The notes: generated by a model from the letters alone, not told the origin. 64,000 nucleotides of DNA from Eledone cirrhosa (GCA_964016885.1 OZ024747.1:78988001-79052000), one strand, 5' to 3'. Counted from the first letter of the stretch, positions 1 through 13,900 are shown. Numbers and translations are program-made.

Positions 1-35
1 CATTTAGTTGAAAGTTGTAGAATAATTTGTTTTGT

Positions 36-210
36 GATGACAACTACTACTAATACTACTACTACTACTACCACCACTACTACTACTACCACCATCACCA
101 CCACCACCACCACCACTACTACAACTACCACCACTACTACTACTATCACCACCACCACTACTACTACTGCTACCACCACTACTACGACTACTACTACTAC
201 TACTATTATT
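36..210. repeat. (ACT)n/(ACC)n trinucleotide microsatellite
   Basis: Direct reading; it accounts for the poly-Thr ORF 34..234. Confidence 0.97.
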
Positions 211-1794
211 GTTATTTTAATAACAACAAACTAAGGTATATTCTTTGTTGTATGGAAAATCATAAAAGAAAAAAAAACTGATCCAATATAAAGCTCTACA
301 GATATATCACATTCATTAATATGATAGAGACCTATGTCCTTGCACTGATAACATTACACTGAATACAATCTGAAAATAGATGGTGAGAGCTGTTGAAGAT
401 TGCAGCTGAAAATAAAATCTAAATATTATGGTTTTATTTGCAGGCTCTTACCTGGATATACATTCAATTATCTGCTTGCATATAAAAGTGTGTGTGTGCT
501 TGTCTTTACATCAACACACTTGTTTTTCCAATGCACATGATGGCTAATCTATAATTTAGAAAACTCTGCCACACACACACACACAATTACACACACACAC
601 ACACACATATAGAGTTGTAACATTTTATTTTTACGACAGCTATAAAAAAAATATGTAAATATCTCACTTAGAAAGAAATTATTATTGTTTTGTATTATTG
701 CAAAATAAAACAAAATAAAATTATAAATTATATAATTAAGAATGACCTGACCTGAGAATATTGAGAGTGAAAGGAAACCTAGAGAATGAACAAAATAGAA
801 AAATATAATTAAACTTAATCTAAATTTGGAAACAATAACTTGATATGGGCTGTATATAGCCATGACATTTGATAACTAAAATCAATTGTCTCTTCCTAAA
901 TTGAGGATGCTAACTATTAAAAGCACAGGTCAGTCAATTAAAGTGATTTATATCCTTTTGGAATATTGATCTTTCTAACTGGCTGAAAAGCATTTGCATA
1001 ATCTAGTAGATAAGACATTTGCCAAAGGATGAGTAAGTTCTTTATTAATTTGCAACAAAAAACAAAAGGCATATTATTGTATTAGTCATAAATCTGAGTT
1101 AAATCTATCAAGATAACAACAAAATTTTTTCCTCGTAACTTAAAGTTTCAAATAATTAAAGATGTCCAGTATGGTTTATCAGATAAAGTATATCATGGTG
1201 AAATAAAAGAAACAAGAGCTGTTTTCCCCAATATTCAATCCAAAAGCTATAGAAATGAATTACAGTTCTATCTCCAGGTAAAATGGTAATGCCGGTCCCA
1301 TATATGAATCTTCATAACATTCATTACATGATCAATGATCATGGTAAATAGGGAAGGATACAATAAGTCAAGTTTGTACTTTCCTATCATTGTGTTACAT
1401 AATCACAATAAAAAATTGTTTAAATATTAACCAAAATGAAAGCAAAAACTACATCTGTTCAAGACCCTTATATATGAGTACCTAAGGTATGTTGATTGTT
1501 TGGAGGAAGCATAAGGTCAAGTTCTCTGGAGGTTGAAAAAACTCAAGAAAAGAAGTTTTCTCTCCAACATTAAATGAGGCAGCCTTGTGCAGAACTGTTA
1601 AGTTTTTTACAGCTATTCTTTTTTAAATATTTTCCAATAGTGTATGTACAAAACCACATTAAAACTGTATAAAATGCAGCACCCCACCCTGTGTATGGTC
1701 AGACTTTGAAGGTATGAAGATGAGTTGCTTTTATTTTTTATCTTTTCAAATCTGTTCAACCCAATCCAAATGGGGAAAATAATTTGGCAATAGT

Positions 1795-1995
1795 GATAAT
1801 TATGGCCAGCAATTTGTGGGGAGGATGAAATTGATTAAAATGACCCAGTACTGGCACTTTATTTTATTGATCCCAGGAGGATGAAAGGCAAAGTTGACAT
1901 CAGCAGGATTTGAAACCAGAACCTAGATGACCATAATAAAATATTGCAATACATTTCATCTAATACACTAATGATTCTGTCAACCCACTGTTTAG
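1795..1995 (-). mobile_element. tRNA-derived SINE with Nin/Deu-like central domain (decayed)
   Basis: Minus strand reads ...ctttgcctttcatcctcctgggatcaataaaataaagtgccagtactgggg-like; the same motif recurs more than ten times in the window. Confidence 0.8.
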
Positions 1996-2089
1996 TGGTA
2001 ATTATGACAACATATAATTGGTAACAAAATAGAATTAAAGAAACCTTAATACTTCTTAACAATTAAAAAGTGTTTGGAAAGATCCTAAT

Positions 2090-2326
2090 TTAACTCTTTC
2101 GTTGCCATATTTCTAATGAAATATACTTAATTTCAATTAATTAATGAGAAATTTTAAGGTATTTATTAAAATCATTAATTATCCCATTACTATGAAAATA
2201 AGTTAAAATATGGTTCTTATATAAAATTATGTTACATTTTAATTTAAATAGGAACACTTTAAAATGTGTGGTTTCATTTCAGAGAACCAGAGACAGGTTG
2301 GCATGGGTTGGTAATGAAAGGGTTAA
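2090..2326. mobile_element. piggyBac-like MITE, family A (TTAA-flanked)
   Basis: Ends ttaactctttcgttgcca...tggtaatgaaagggttaa; internal sequence shared with many copies in the window. Confidence 0.8.
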
Positions 2327-3247
2327 AGAATCCATACAGAGCATGAAGTCATTCATTTTACTTCATCTGGAGAAAAGTAGAATCTGCAAACTATATATTT
2401 ACCTTACTACCAGACCTTATATTCTCTGGTTCTCATACAACTATCAGTAAACACTTACAATGTTGATATCATGACAGTTGCATGAAAACCTTCACATGTT
2501 CATCCTACTACTTCTTTCTTTAACATATTAAACATGATATCTAATATTTCTTTTATAAAACACTATTTCAAAAAAACTGAATTTGTGTTACAGAAGAATG
2601 ATTATATTTCCCCTACCCATTCAAGTAAAATATGAACCACACTCAAGTCATCCAACCAATCAGCTTCAGCTTAATCTTTCATTTCAATTTGTGATCTGAA
2701 AACTACAATCCCAGTCCTTCTTGTCTAAATTCATTCATAAAAAAATGTTAATTTAAAGATTAATAAATATAAACTTACTTAAAGCATATGAACAGAAATT
2801 TGACACGGCATAAGAGAAATAAATTAGCATTCTTTATGATTTTTCTTCATTTTAAACAAAATGTTAATATAATTTAATTACAGTCAAGAAATACCATGCG
2901 AAAATCTATTTTTATTTTAAATCCATCAATCAGTGAAGAATATTCCTAATGAAATTATCTTTTCGAAGGTTTCATTTCAGTGTAATTGATAATAATCAGA
3001 CCATCAGCCTACACAATACAACTTTATTTGAAATTTAACAGCTTCCAAGATATCAGTATATAAAGCTAGCACTTTTATAGTTAAATTGAAACAAAATTGA
3101 AAAATAAATTCTCAAAAAAGGAACAGTCAAATTGGTACAGAGATAAAGAACCAAACTAAATAATTTATGATGTCTAGATCAAGTTGAACTTCAAGGCCCA
3201 TTAATCATGATTTAAAATGTTACCACACAGTTTTGTTTTAGACAAAA

Positions 3248-3545
3248 TGCAGGCATGGAGGAGTGATTAAGAAGTTTGCTTTGAAGTCATGAAGTCATGG
3301 GTCCCACTGCATCACATCTTGGGCAAATGTCTTTATCATAGCCTTGAACTACTCCAAACCTTGTGAGTGAAATTGAATAGATGGAAACTGTGAAAGCCCA
3401 TTGGATTGTACTTCTAATTCAAAGACCCAGCCATATCACATATTGTTTCATACGGATTCGGTTTTGGAATCATGTTAACAGTACACATGCCTGTGGAATA
3501 CTCAACCAGTTACACATTAATTCTTGGTAGATCTGTCATCAGACA
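3248..3545 (+). mobile_element. CORE-type tRNA SINE (decayed)
   Basis: tRNA-like head, then cttgggcaaatgtct...ccttgtgagtgaaattg...gatggaaactg; related copies near 14400, 34880, 44820, 55835 and 62775. Confidence 0.7.
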
Positions 3546-3959
3546 AAACATAACACAATCTAACTTAATTGAAAGATATACCTATTAACCTTTCATTTTT
3601 TGTTTGTCTAAGTTCCAAACATACATGATTCATTCAAGAAAAGATCAACTAAAATGTTACTCGATCTTATAGCTAAAGAAGATGATAGCAAAAAAGAATG
3701 ACATTTTATATCAACATAATTATCTTCATAAAACATATCTTAGCCTAAATATAAAAGATATATTCTTATGTTTTCTTCTCAGTTTTTCTTCTTTTTTTTT
3801 GCCATTATTACAATACACCTTTTAGAACTTGCAATTTACTCCATGTCCTTCTACTTAAAACTAACAATGGCCCCCTTCTTCTCTAAGTGGTTATTTTCCA
3901 AAATCAGAACTACCGAATGCAGGATTGGAATATTCTCCAGCAAACTCTCGACCATCTTT

Positions 3960-4162
3960 ATCTATTTTGATACTAAACTGCTTGAAACTGCATCTGGTTC
4001 TATTACACAACACTGTTTTAAAATGTTTATATTTATCCAAAAACCTTCAATCATAATTTTGTGTTAAAACCTTTGTTAAATATGTAAACATTAGTTATAT
4101 TATTAAATTCTGGAAATTATAGGCAGTATTTTTATTAGAAATATGGTTATGAAAGAGTTAAA
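3960..4162. mobile_element. piggyBac-like MITE, family A (decayed)
   Basis: Family body tgatactaaactgcttgaaactgc...aaatatggttatgaaagagttaa. Confidence 0.65.
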
Positions 4163-4559
4163 TAGTGATGACATATTTCAAGTCCTTAATCTCAGAACAG
4201 CATATCCTAAAATAACGACATATAGCCCCAATTAGGAGCATTGATTAAAGGTTTTGTTTAATCAATTACCATTGTATCATAAGGTTTACTGAAGCACAGC
4301 TATTGAAGACTACTTAATAACTCATATCTAAGTACGACCACAAAACACCAATCCCTATTTTGTTTAAACACAGTAATACAAAATATGCTCTTCCTTTATG
4401 CATCTTGTGTAAGAATTTCTCTATGAGCTTTGAACAATGACCCTCCTCCTCCTTCAGTGTAATAATATAAAAAAAGATTCTATTTTAGTCTTTAAAATTG
4501 ACATTTCAAAAAAGCTGAAGCTGAAGAGTAGAAAACATTAATATTAATGTCACTCACTA

Positions 4560-4890
4560 CGGAATCAGAATGGTTCAGTAGGTGAGTAGAGAGAAGAACT
4601 ACAGAAAACAATGGGAATAGAACCAGTGATGAATGTTATGAAGAGATATAGAATGAGGTGGTTGGGTCATGTGTTGGGGAAAGATGGAATTGACTGATTG
4701 AGAGGAGGGATGGAAATTAATGTGGAAGGAAGTAGAGGAAGACCAAGAACAATAAGGCTAAAGATGATGGAGGAGAAAATGGAAGCCAAAAAGTTGATGA
4801 GAGAGAGTGCAGATAATAGGGAAAAATGAAGAAGCCTGCCATGGGCCTGCAAGGCTAACTTCTGCTTTACTGGGACATGGCTTTAAAATT
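4560..4890 (+). mobile_element. RTE-clade LINE 3' remnant
   Basis: Translates to RMRWLGHVLG...VEGSRGRPRT (RTE ORF2 C-terminal RWxGHV and RGRP motifs) with stops. Confidence 0.75.
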
Positions 4891-5077
4891 CATGTACTCA
4901 TTATGCAATAATCAATTCACTAACATTGAAAGCCCTTGGAAATTAGAAACCTCAGTAAACATTAAAAATGTTTATTCACAATTACGCCCTAATAAAGAAA
5001 CCCAAAAGTCCTAAAAGTACACTTAGGGCAAAAGTTCTAAAATTATATATTATAGTCTAAATATAACCATGGACATT

Positions 5078-5345
5078 ATCATCATTTAACATCTATTTTC
5101 CTTGCTTGTATGGGCTAGTCGGGTTGTCCTGTATTCGGGCTAGACTAATCAGGTGATCACATCTTGCTTGTACATTCCATTTTGGGCTTTGTTTTCTGTG
5201 GCTTGATGCCCTTCCTAATGTCAAATATTTTATAGTGTGTACAGGGAGTATTTTATCATGGCTCCAGCACTAATCCCTTACAAGATGAACTAGGTGCTTT
5301 TTACATGGCACCAACACTACCACTTTACGGTCTGGACTGGTTGCC
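5078..5345 (-). mobile_element. RTE 3' end or RTE-tailed SINE with (GAT)n tail (decayed)
   Basis: Minus strand has ttaggaagggcatc and ends ...gatgttaaatgatgataatg, matching the tail of the young copies at 31.2 and 36.1 kb. Confidence 0.75.
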
Positions 5346-6878
5346 CTTGTATAATAACAAATTATTATTTTGCTCTTGATCTACAACTTACTTGGGCTTC
5401 ACTTGAAAATCTCAAATTTTTAATTATACTTTAATGTGGTAAACTTCGTTTCTTAATATTATTTAGCAGGAATATAAATTCAATTTAAAATAATTATGAG
5501 GACTAATTAACTAGCAGTTGCCCTGAAACAATTAAGAATAACATATATGTAAGCAAACTAACTTTGGTGTGCTATTTTCTGAAACTTTTTTCTTTTGATG
5601 TTTTATGAATGAAAACTTTAGCCAATAGTTAACAGGAAATGTAGTGGAAATTATCAAATACCTCATTCCCATGAGTTATTTCAGCTTCTCACTGTGACGT
5701 TTTGAATAAAATGTAAAAGTATATTGTAATTTAGTTTGTTCACACGCTATAAATTACCAGTATATACCAGTTAATTTATGGCAAATACTGATGTAATCTT
5801 AAAATATGTTTTATTTTATTTTAAGCTATAAATATCATTTTCCCCCTTTTTGTTATTTTTATTTTTTATTTCTTGCTTCTTCATGATGATAAACATATGA
5901 GAAGACATGCCTGCTATATCAAAAAGAACTTAGAGCTATACACTTGCATATAAACGATTAGTGTGTTAATGTTAGCATATACATATGTATAAGTGCATGC
6001 ATGCAAGAGTAAAGATGGTGAAAGAGAGAGAGAGAAGGAGAAAAAGAAAATAATTTGTGTGCATTATGTTTATGTATGAGGATTGGAGTGATGGTGTAGA
6101 GACATAGAGAGAGGAAACAAGATAGGGGTAGGAAGGAGAGAGAAAGAGGAAACAAGATAGGGGTAGGAAGGAGAGAGAGAAGGAAAGTAATAAAAGAAGA
6201 ATAAAAAAAATGATATGGTTTAGCACCTAAGCATGATTTACCATATTTTATTCTCAGCTGGTAACTGGAATAGACAACATATTTCCACAAACTTCTCAGT
6301 GTTGATAAAGTTAAATATAATCCTGGCAATCTTTTCTATTATGAATTCCATCAAGAATACAAGAATAGACTCTTTGGCCTCTAACTAGATTCCAATCTCA
6401 AGATAACACTTATAATCTTTAATTGTTTTAAGAACCTTTTAAAGTGTATTAAAAGACACCAAAAGCAACTGAAGTTAAACGTTTCATTTAATCCGTACTC
6501 ATTTGAATTAGCTGCAGTATTACTCTGACTATATAAATATAATCACTTCTATTATTTTATGTACTTCTCTAATATTATAATGGCTTGGGTGGATCATAAA
6601 GTCATATCAGTAATCTTTAATGAATATTTTGTATACAAATATATTATTTATTGTTGCAATATTGAACAAGTAACAGAATTTAGGATTCCATCTAACAATG
6701 ATAAGAAAAGATAAAAGAACTCCCTCCTATTATGACAGGTAATTTTTTGCACCTGATTGAGTGGATTGGAGTAATGGAAAAAATTATACCACACAGTCTG
6801 AGAATCAAACTCATGACCTTATGATTGTGAGCCCAGCATCCTAACCACTAAGCCATATACCTTTGCATTCAAATACAA

Positions 6879-7034
6879 CAGTAGTTCTCAACCTTTTTTT
6901 ACTCATGGACCCCTTTTCCCTTATTTTTTGGGAAGTGGGCTCCCCTCATAGCTATTCGACAAAAGAAAAGCTTATTCTAATTTTTGCCTGTGGACCCCCA
7001 GGAATATTACATGGACCCCGGTTGAGAATCACTG
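6879..7034. mobile_element. hAT (Charlie-like) MITE
   Basis: TIRs cagtagttctcaacc / ggttgagaatcactg; imperfect 8-bp TSD aaatacaa / aaatagat. Confidence 0.85.
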
Positions 7035-7484
7035 AAATAGATGAATAATTAAAGGTCTTAACATGTTCTGTGTTAGAAGTTACAAATTTATTTTACAAGT
7101 TCAAATTCTTCAAAGATACTGAGATATACTAGATTTAATATTGTACTAAAAACCATAATTTCTAATCATTGTAAATTCATAATTTTGTTCCAAAGAAAAA
7201 TATTTTTATCCTAACTTACTACCTCATTTTCTTAGCTGGAAAATGCATTTTCATGCCAAATCTATTGTTGTTTAATTAGTCTAGCAAAAGACTCCAACAG
7301 TAAAATATCTATTCTATAATTTGTGAAAATATCTGAAAAATACCAATATATCCCAAACATGCATAAGATATCAAAAGTAACAAGAAACAGAGGGATAAAG
7401 AATATAATAGTATCTAGGCATATTAACAAGATTTAAACTTTGTAAAAAGTAGTGTATTATATTCCTAAGAAAAACACCTTACAT

Positions 7485-7689
7485 TAACCTTTGCATGACA
7501 ATATTTCTAATGAAATACACTTTATTTCAATTAATCAAAAATTTTGAAGGATTTTCTAGAATTATTATTTCATTAGTAAGATAGCAGCTTAACATATGAT
7601 TCTTATATAATATTATAGTGGAAAATTTTAATTTATGTCGTGGCTGTGTGGTTTGGTGGTTTGTTTCTAAAGCATGTAGTTCCAGGTTC
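7485..7689. mobile_element. piggyBac-like MITE, family A (truncated)
   Basis: Starts ttaacctttgcatgacaatatttctaatgaaatacac; the other end is replaced by the CRE-like fragment. Confidence 0.6.
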
Positions 7690-7895
7690 ACTAAACTCTC
7701 CAAATATCGGTCGCTCTTTGACAGATTTGCGGTCAAGCCCGTAGCAGTGGAAACGTCTGGTGTCCTTGGCCCTAGGCCCTACTCATCACCATGGAGTTGG
7801 CAACCTGCAGGTGTGAGCCTTGCGAGCTGGAATGACTCATCCAATGCATCTCCCTCACCATCCTCCAGGGAAACACCTTTTCTATTCTGTCCGAC
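7690..7895 (+). pseudogene. C-terminal restriction-like endonuclease fragment of a CRE-type non-LTR retrotransposon
   Basis: TKLSKYRSLFDRFAVKPVAVETSGVLGP, then after a frameshift ELE*LIQCISLTILQGNTFSIL; matches the KY...P(V/I)AVETxG...QRISxAIxRGN pattern. Confidence 0.8.
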
Positions 7896-8477
7896 AGGGC
7901 CACGAGGTGGCCAGCATATGGGCCCCCATTTGCTTATAATAGGGAAAGATGGGGAGGGTGAGGAGGATGGAGGCAGTGAAAATGGGAATTCCATTATATT
8001 CAGACCTAATATATATGTATATATTTATTTGACAATATTTAAAATATATCACTTACCTCCCCATGGTGTCCTCGTTTTGCCATTCCATTTCACTTTACCA
8101 TGCTTAATAACACAAAGGAGAAAGATCTGAAGAACCCTGTAAAAAATAGGCAATACGTTATATATATAACAAGAAAAAAAGAATCTAAAAAATGAAATAA
8201 TAAAGGAAGCAGCTCTGTGTTTCGATGACCATAAACAAGTGTAATCTTGAATGTCTATGCTTCCTTGATATTGGAATCTTTAACTCCACTTTGCAACTAT
8301 AATGGCTCAGTACGCAGGACTCCCAGAGTGAACACCCTTACAATTGCAGCCACTTTACATCCAACTCCACACTACACTCACTTGGTAAATCCATCTCCCC
8401 TCTACCAAGTAGACATAAATAGGAAATGGGAAAACACCCCCAGATACCTTTAAACAATGTGTCCCAGAGTTAACCCT

Positions 8478-8690
8478 TATACATCCTAGACTGTGTCACA
8501 TCCTCCGGGGCAGTGTTGCTGTTACATACACATCCTGAATTGTGTCACATCTTCCGGAACAATGCTACTGTTACATACACATAACATCCTGGACTGTTGT
8601 TATACACACATCCTGGATTTCTATCACATCTCGGAGAGTGCTACTCATATACATACATCTTGGACTATGTCACATCTGACACTGCTACTG
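8478..8690. repeat. Degenerate tandem repeat (about 45-50 bp unit)
   Basis: Recurrent catacacatcctggactgtgtcacatc...gctactgtta motif, 4-5 diverged units. Confidence 0.7.
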
Positions 8691-10027
8691 AAAAATGTAT
8701 GACATATGATGATGATTATTTATATATATATAAAGTGAATGGCAGTCTTTAAAATGTCTGATAGATTGCTTTGCAATATTCATTCAAGCTCATTGTGTTC
8801 AGAGGTCACAACCATCCACGATCAATTTTGCCTTTCATCTTTTCAAGGTTAATAAAAAAAGTACCAGTTCAGTACTGAGGTGGTTTCTTCCTGTATATCT
8901 TTTTCTTACTTTCTCTCCATCAATCTCTTTCCTTCTCTGAAAGCTGTTTTCAGACTTAGAGAGTGGATGGGCTCCACTAGGTGTCACTACAGTGCCTCAA
9001 CAACTCTACCAGGAGATATGAGTTGATGTATTTCAAACCCGTGACACATGCGACTCCCCTCCTCTTCCTTTATTAAGTTGCCTATTTTTAATGTGACACA
9101 TCTCCTCTCCTATCATGTGACTATTGTCGTGTTATTTCGTCTTGGTGTCTCTCACATATTGTGGTGGCGGTTAAAATAGCCAAAACTTTCTCCTCTGAGC
9201 AGCACAGTCTCTGTGGGTCTCTGAATGTGTGTACCTTTGCTTTCACATCAAACTGACCCTTTTCAACTCGTATTGTAGGATTTAAATGCCAAACATTTAA
9301 TTCTCTACATGTAAGTTTTATTTTGTTTTTGTCTTAATACTGCCAAGTGCACCAGCAGAAGAGAGGTTGTCCTGTCTTTGACACAACTGAAGAATCTTTC
9401 TAACCCTTTGTTTGGTAAGCTTTCTCTCGCTGGATGCTCTTCATATCACCAACCAATTTACAGCGTGTTCTGGCCATCTCTATGCTACAAAGCATGGTGT
9501 TTGACGCTCGACCGATACTGCCAAGCCACCGCCCTTAATTTATAATAATTATAATGAGTAGTCTTGTCATAAAAGTCATTCTGTTTTATTTCTGTATCTA
9601 TTTATTATTCTGACAACTAACTTGACATTGTGTAGTTATCAAAATAATGTTTCCCCTGATAATGTATCAATACACCAAACTATTACCATTTCTCAAACAT
9701 AATTCATTATATTTGTAATGAAATACACTGTATTAAAATTCCTTTAAATTCTTGATTAATTTCAAAATTATTTGAAAACCATGGGCAGTCTCATTAGAAA
9801 TATGGTAACAAAAGGTTTATCTTTGAAAACACATGTAGCATGGTCATTTTAGAAATATGGTAACAAAAGGTTTATCTTTGAAAACACATGAAGAATGGTC
9901 ATTTTTTAAAAGTCTATGAGGAAAGTTTATTCTTTAAAAAAATGTACGCATTACATCAATTTACAATGAAGTGAACTGAATTAACAAAAGTTAAGTGTTC
10001 CGACCATAAACACAGAGCTGTGCTGGT

Positions 10028-12136
10028 CAGTGTTCTGACCATAGAGCTGTGCTGGGAAGAAGATATTGCACAGTGTCCTGGCCATAGAGCTGTGCTGGGA
10101 AAAAGATATTACACAGTGTCCTGGCCATAGAGCTGTGCTGGGAAAAAGATATTACACAGTGTCCTGGCCATAGAGCTGTGCTGGGAAAAAGATATTACAC
10201 AGTGTCCTGGCCATAGAGCTGTGCTGGGAAAAAGATATTACACAGTGTCCTGGCCATAGAGCTGTGCTGGGAAAAAGATATTACACAGTGTCCTGGCCAT
10301 AGAGCTGTGCTGGGAAAAAGATATTACACAGTGTCCTGGCCATAGAGCTGTGCTGGGAAGAAGATATTACACAGTGTCCTGGCCATAGAGCTGTGCTGGG
10401 AAGAAGATATTACACAGTGTCCTGGCCATAGAGCTGTGCTGGGAAGAAGATATTACACAGTGTCCTGGCCATAGAGCTGTGCTAGGAAAAAGATATTGCA
10501 CAGTGTCCTGGCCATAGAGCTGTGCTGGGAAAAAGATATTACACAGTGTCCTGGCCATAGAGCTGTGCTGGGAAAAAGATATTACACAGTGTCCTGGCCA
10601 TAGAGCTGTGCTGGGAAAAAGATATTACACAGTGTCCTGGCCATAGAGCTGTGCTGGGAAAAAGATATTACACAGTGTCCTGGCCATAGAGCTGTGCTGG
10701 GAAAAAGATATTACACAGTGTCCTGGCCATAGAGCTGTGCTGGGAAGAAGATATTACACAGTGTCCTGGCCATAGAGCTGTGCTGGGAAGAAGATATTGC
10801 ACAGTGTCCTGGCCATAGAGCTGTGCTGGGAAAAAGATATTGCACAGTGTCCTGGCCATAGAGCTGTGCTGGGAAGAAGATATTACACAGTGTCCTGGCC
10901 ATAGAGCTGTGCTGGGAAGAAGATATTACACAGTGTCCTGGCCATAGAGCTGTGCTGGGAAGAAGATATTACACAGTGTCCTGGCCATAGAGCTGTGCTG
11001 GGAAGAAGATATTACACAGTGTCCTGGCCATAGAGCTGTGCTGGGAAAAAGATATTACACAGTGTCCTGGCCATAGAGCTGTGCTGGGAAGAAGATATTA
11101 CACAGTGTCCTGGCCATAGAGCTGTGCTGGGAAGAAGATATTGCACAGTGTCCTGGCCATAGAGCTGTGCTGGGAAGAAGATATTACACAGTGTCCTGGC
11201 CATAGAGCTGTGCTGGGAAGAAGATATTACACAGTGTCCTGGCCATAGAGCTGTGCTGGGAAGAAGATATTACACAGTGTCCTGGCCATAGAGCTGTGCT
11301 GGGAAGAAGATATTACACAGTGTCCTGGCCATAGAGCTGTGCTGGGAAAAAGATATTACACAGTCTCCTGGCCATAGAGCTGTGCTGGGAAGAAGATATT
11401 GCACAGTGTCCTGGCCATAGAGCTGTGCTGGGAAAAAGATATTACACAGTGTCCTGGCCATAGAGCTGTGCTGGGAAGAAGATATTACACAGTGTCCTGG
11501 CCATAGAGCTGTGCTGGGAAGAAGATATTACACAGTGTCCTGGCCATAGAGCTGTGCTGGGAAGAAGATATTACACAGTGTCCTGGCCATAGAGCTGTGC
11601 TGGGAAGAAGATATTGCACAGTGTCCTGGCCATAGAGCTGTGCTGGGAAGAAGATATTACACAGTGTCCTGGCCATAGAGCTGTGCTGGGAAGAAGATAT
11701 TACACAGTGTCCTGGCCATAGAGCTGTGCTGGGAAGAAGATATTACACAGTGTCCTGGCCATAGAGCTGTGCTGGGAAGAAGATATTACACAGTGTCCTG
11801 GCCATAGAGCTGTGCTGGGAAAAAGATATTACACAGTGTCCTGGCCATAGAGCTGTGCTGGGAAGAAGATATTACACAGTGTCCTGGCCATAGAGCTGTG
11901 CTGGGAAGAAGATATTGCACAGTGTCCTGGCCATAGAGCTGTGCTGGGAAGAAGATATTACACAGTGTCCTGGCCATAGAGCTGTGCTGGGAAGAAGATA
12001 TTACACAGTGTCCTGGCCATAGAGCTGTGCTGGGAAGAAGATATTACACAGTGTCCTGGCCATAGAGCTGTGCTGGGAAGAAGATATTGCACAGTGTCCT
12101 GGCCATAGAGCTGTGCTGGGAAGAAGATATTGCACA
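10028..12136. repeat. 43-bp minisatellite, about 49 copies
   Basis: Unit cagtgtcctggccatagagctgtgctgggaa(g/a)aagatatt(a/g)ca repeated with no spacers; essentially two variable positions. Confidence 0.98.
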
Positions 12137-12906
12137 TTATCACTGTTTAGTAATTCCTTACCCTATCAACTTGGCCAGTTACAACTCTCAAAAGTGTTAG
12201 TATTAACAGTTTAAGAAAGAATATAATGGACAGCTATATTAAGAATATAAGAAGATGTTTTGACATTACTATTTCTGTTAGTATTGCTCAAAGCCCAATA
12301 TATTTATATCAGTTTATTTATGATGCTCTAAAATAGGAATAAAATATTTTGCACTAAGATCTAACATCCAAAATATAATATTGCTGCATATAGCTGCTTT
12401 GTACTAACTGACTATATTCAAATAACCCAAATTTGGACAATTTCTATAAAAATAAAATATTAAAATGTGAAAATGGTATAAACAAATGCATAGAGACAAG
12501 AAAAGTAAAACAATAAAGGGATGCATGGGTGTGGGAAATAGATTCTGATGATAAATCCTAAAACCATGAGAACTTGTACATAATGATATGAACATATGAA
12601 ATTGTATAAGAGGCCAATTGTTCAAAAACATATTTTTCTGAATTGATACTTTACTTAAACATTTAAGTACTAATATTAACAGAGTTATTTGAGGTTAAGT
12701 TGCTGTATTATTGACAACAATCAAGTGTGTTGGACTCATAATTATAAGGTTGCAGGTTCAATTCCTGGATCAGGCAGCATGAAGTGTTCTTAAGCAAAAC
12801 ATTACATTTCATATGGCCTTTCATGATAGAATTGAAGCCCTTATCTTCAAAACATCTGAGAAACCTCTTACAAAATGAAATTTCTTAAGAGGCCAACTAA
12901 ACTTGC

Positions 12907-13129
12907 TTAACCCTTTAGCATTTAAACCGACCATACCGGCCAGAATTCTCTCACCTCTTTCTGTTCAAACCGACTGTAACCGGCCACTCATACATATGTT
13001 AAGGTAATGTTCTCAAAATAATATCAAAATCTCATAGATTTGATACTATGTAAGATAATTATGTAAGATAAAGCCTTTACCACAAAATACAATAGTAAAT
13101 ATAGAGTAATGTAAATGTTAAAGGGTTAA
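12907..13129. mobile_element. piggyBac-like MITE, family B
   Basis: ttaa|ccctttagcatttaa...taaatgttaaaggg|ttaa; closely similar copy at 28894-29106. Confidence 0.88.
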
Positions 13130-13507
13130 GCATGAGCTGTAAATTTAATTTTCTAAGCTAAGGTTTAGTATTGTTTCCTTTACCTTTCCTAACTCAAAAT
13201 AGATCTAGAAAACCTCACAGTTAAGTGAAGTGATTAATAGAAGGAAAAACACCTAAATGAAAAAATAGTTGCTCCATCAAGTCATATGTAAATATCCATG
13301 ACTACATGAAGCTTACCTTAATCATCAGAGCATAGAAAATTAGATGTTAAATGTTTTATTTATATAGAGATATTTTAGTGCAACTTTTCATAGCAACTTA
13401 TGTTTGATACATGCAGAGATGAAGAAGGAACCATATGTCTAGTTAATGTGTTTAATATTGGGTTTTCCTAAATATCATATCTTAAATGTGTGTTTGTGTG
13501 TATATAT

Positions 13508-13745
13508 ATCATCATCGGCATTTAACGTCCATTTTCCATGGTATCTTGGGTTAGATGAGTTGTCCTATTTGAGGCAAGTCGAGGTCAGATGACCATGCAT
13601 TGCTCATACAGAACTGATTTGGGCTTGATTTCTACAGCTGGATGCCGTTCCTAATGCCAACCACATTTACAGTGAGTACTGGGTGCTTTTTGTCGTGACA
13701 CCTACATCGCTGCTTTACAATGTAGGCTGGGTACTTTTTGACCTG
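13508..13745 (-). mobile_element. RTE 3' end or RTE-tailed SINE
   Basis: Minus strand ...ttaggaacggcatccagctgtagaaatcaagcc...ggacgttaaatgccgatgatgat. Confidence 0.8.
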
Positions 13746-13754
13746 TCACCTAGG

Positions 13755-13900
13755 CATGACAGTTATGACATACATGAGTTTCCATGATGGCTATGACATA
13801 CATGAGTTTCCATGACAGTTATGACATACATGAGTTTCCATGACAGTTATGACATACATGAGTTTCCATGACAGTTATGACATACATGAGTTTACATGAC
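13755..13900. repeat. 28-bp tandem repeat, about 5 copies
   Basis: catgacagttatgacatacatgagtttc repeated at 28-nt spacing. Confidence 0.93.

Noticed and set aside
34-234. Poly-Thr mucin-like ORF
   Set aside because: It is the translation of an (ACT/ACC)n microsatellite, with no splice or domain support.
445-550. Minus-strand coding exon with a strong CAG|GTAAGA donor
   Set aside because: All three frames from the nearest plausible acceptor contain stops; a non-coding exon cannot be supported without RNA data.
10028-12136. CRISPR array or repeat-protein gene
   Set aside because: There are no unique spacers or cas genes and the context is eukaryotic. The ORFs arise from a 43-bp unit cycling through frames and are broken by frequent stops.
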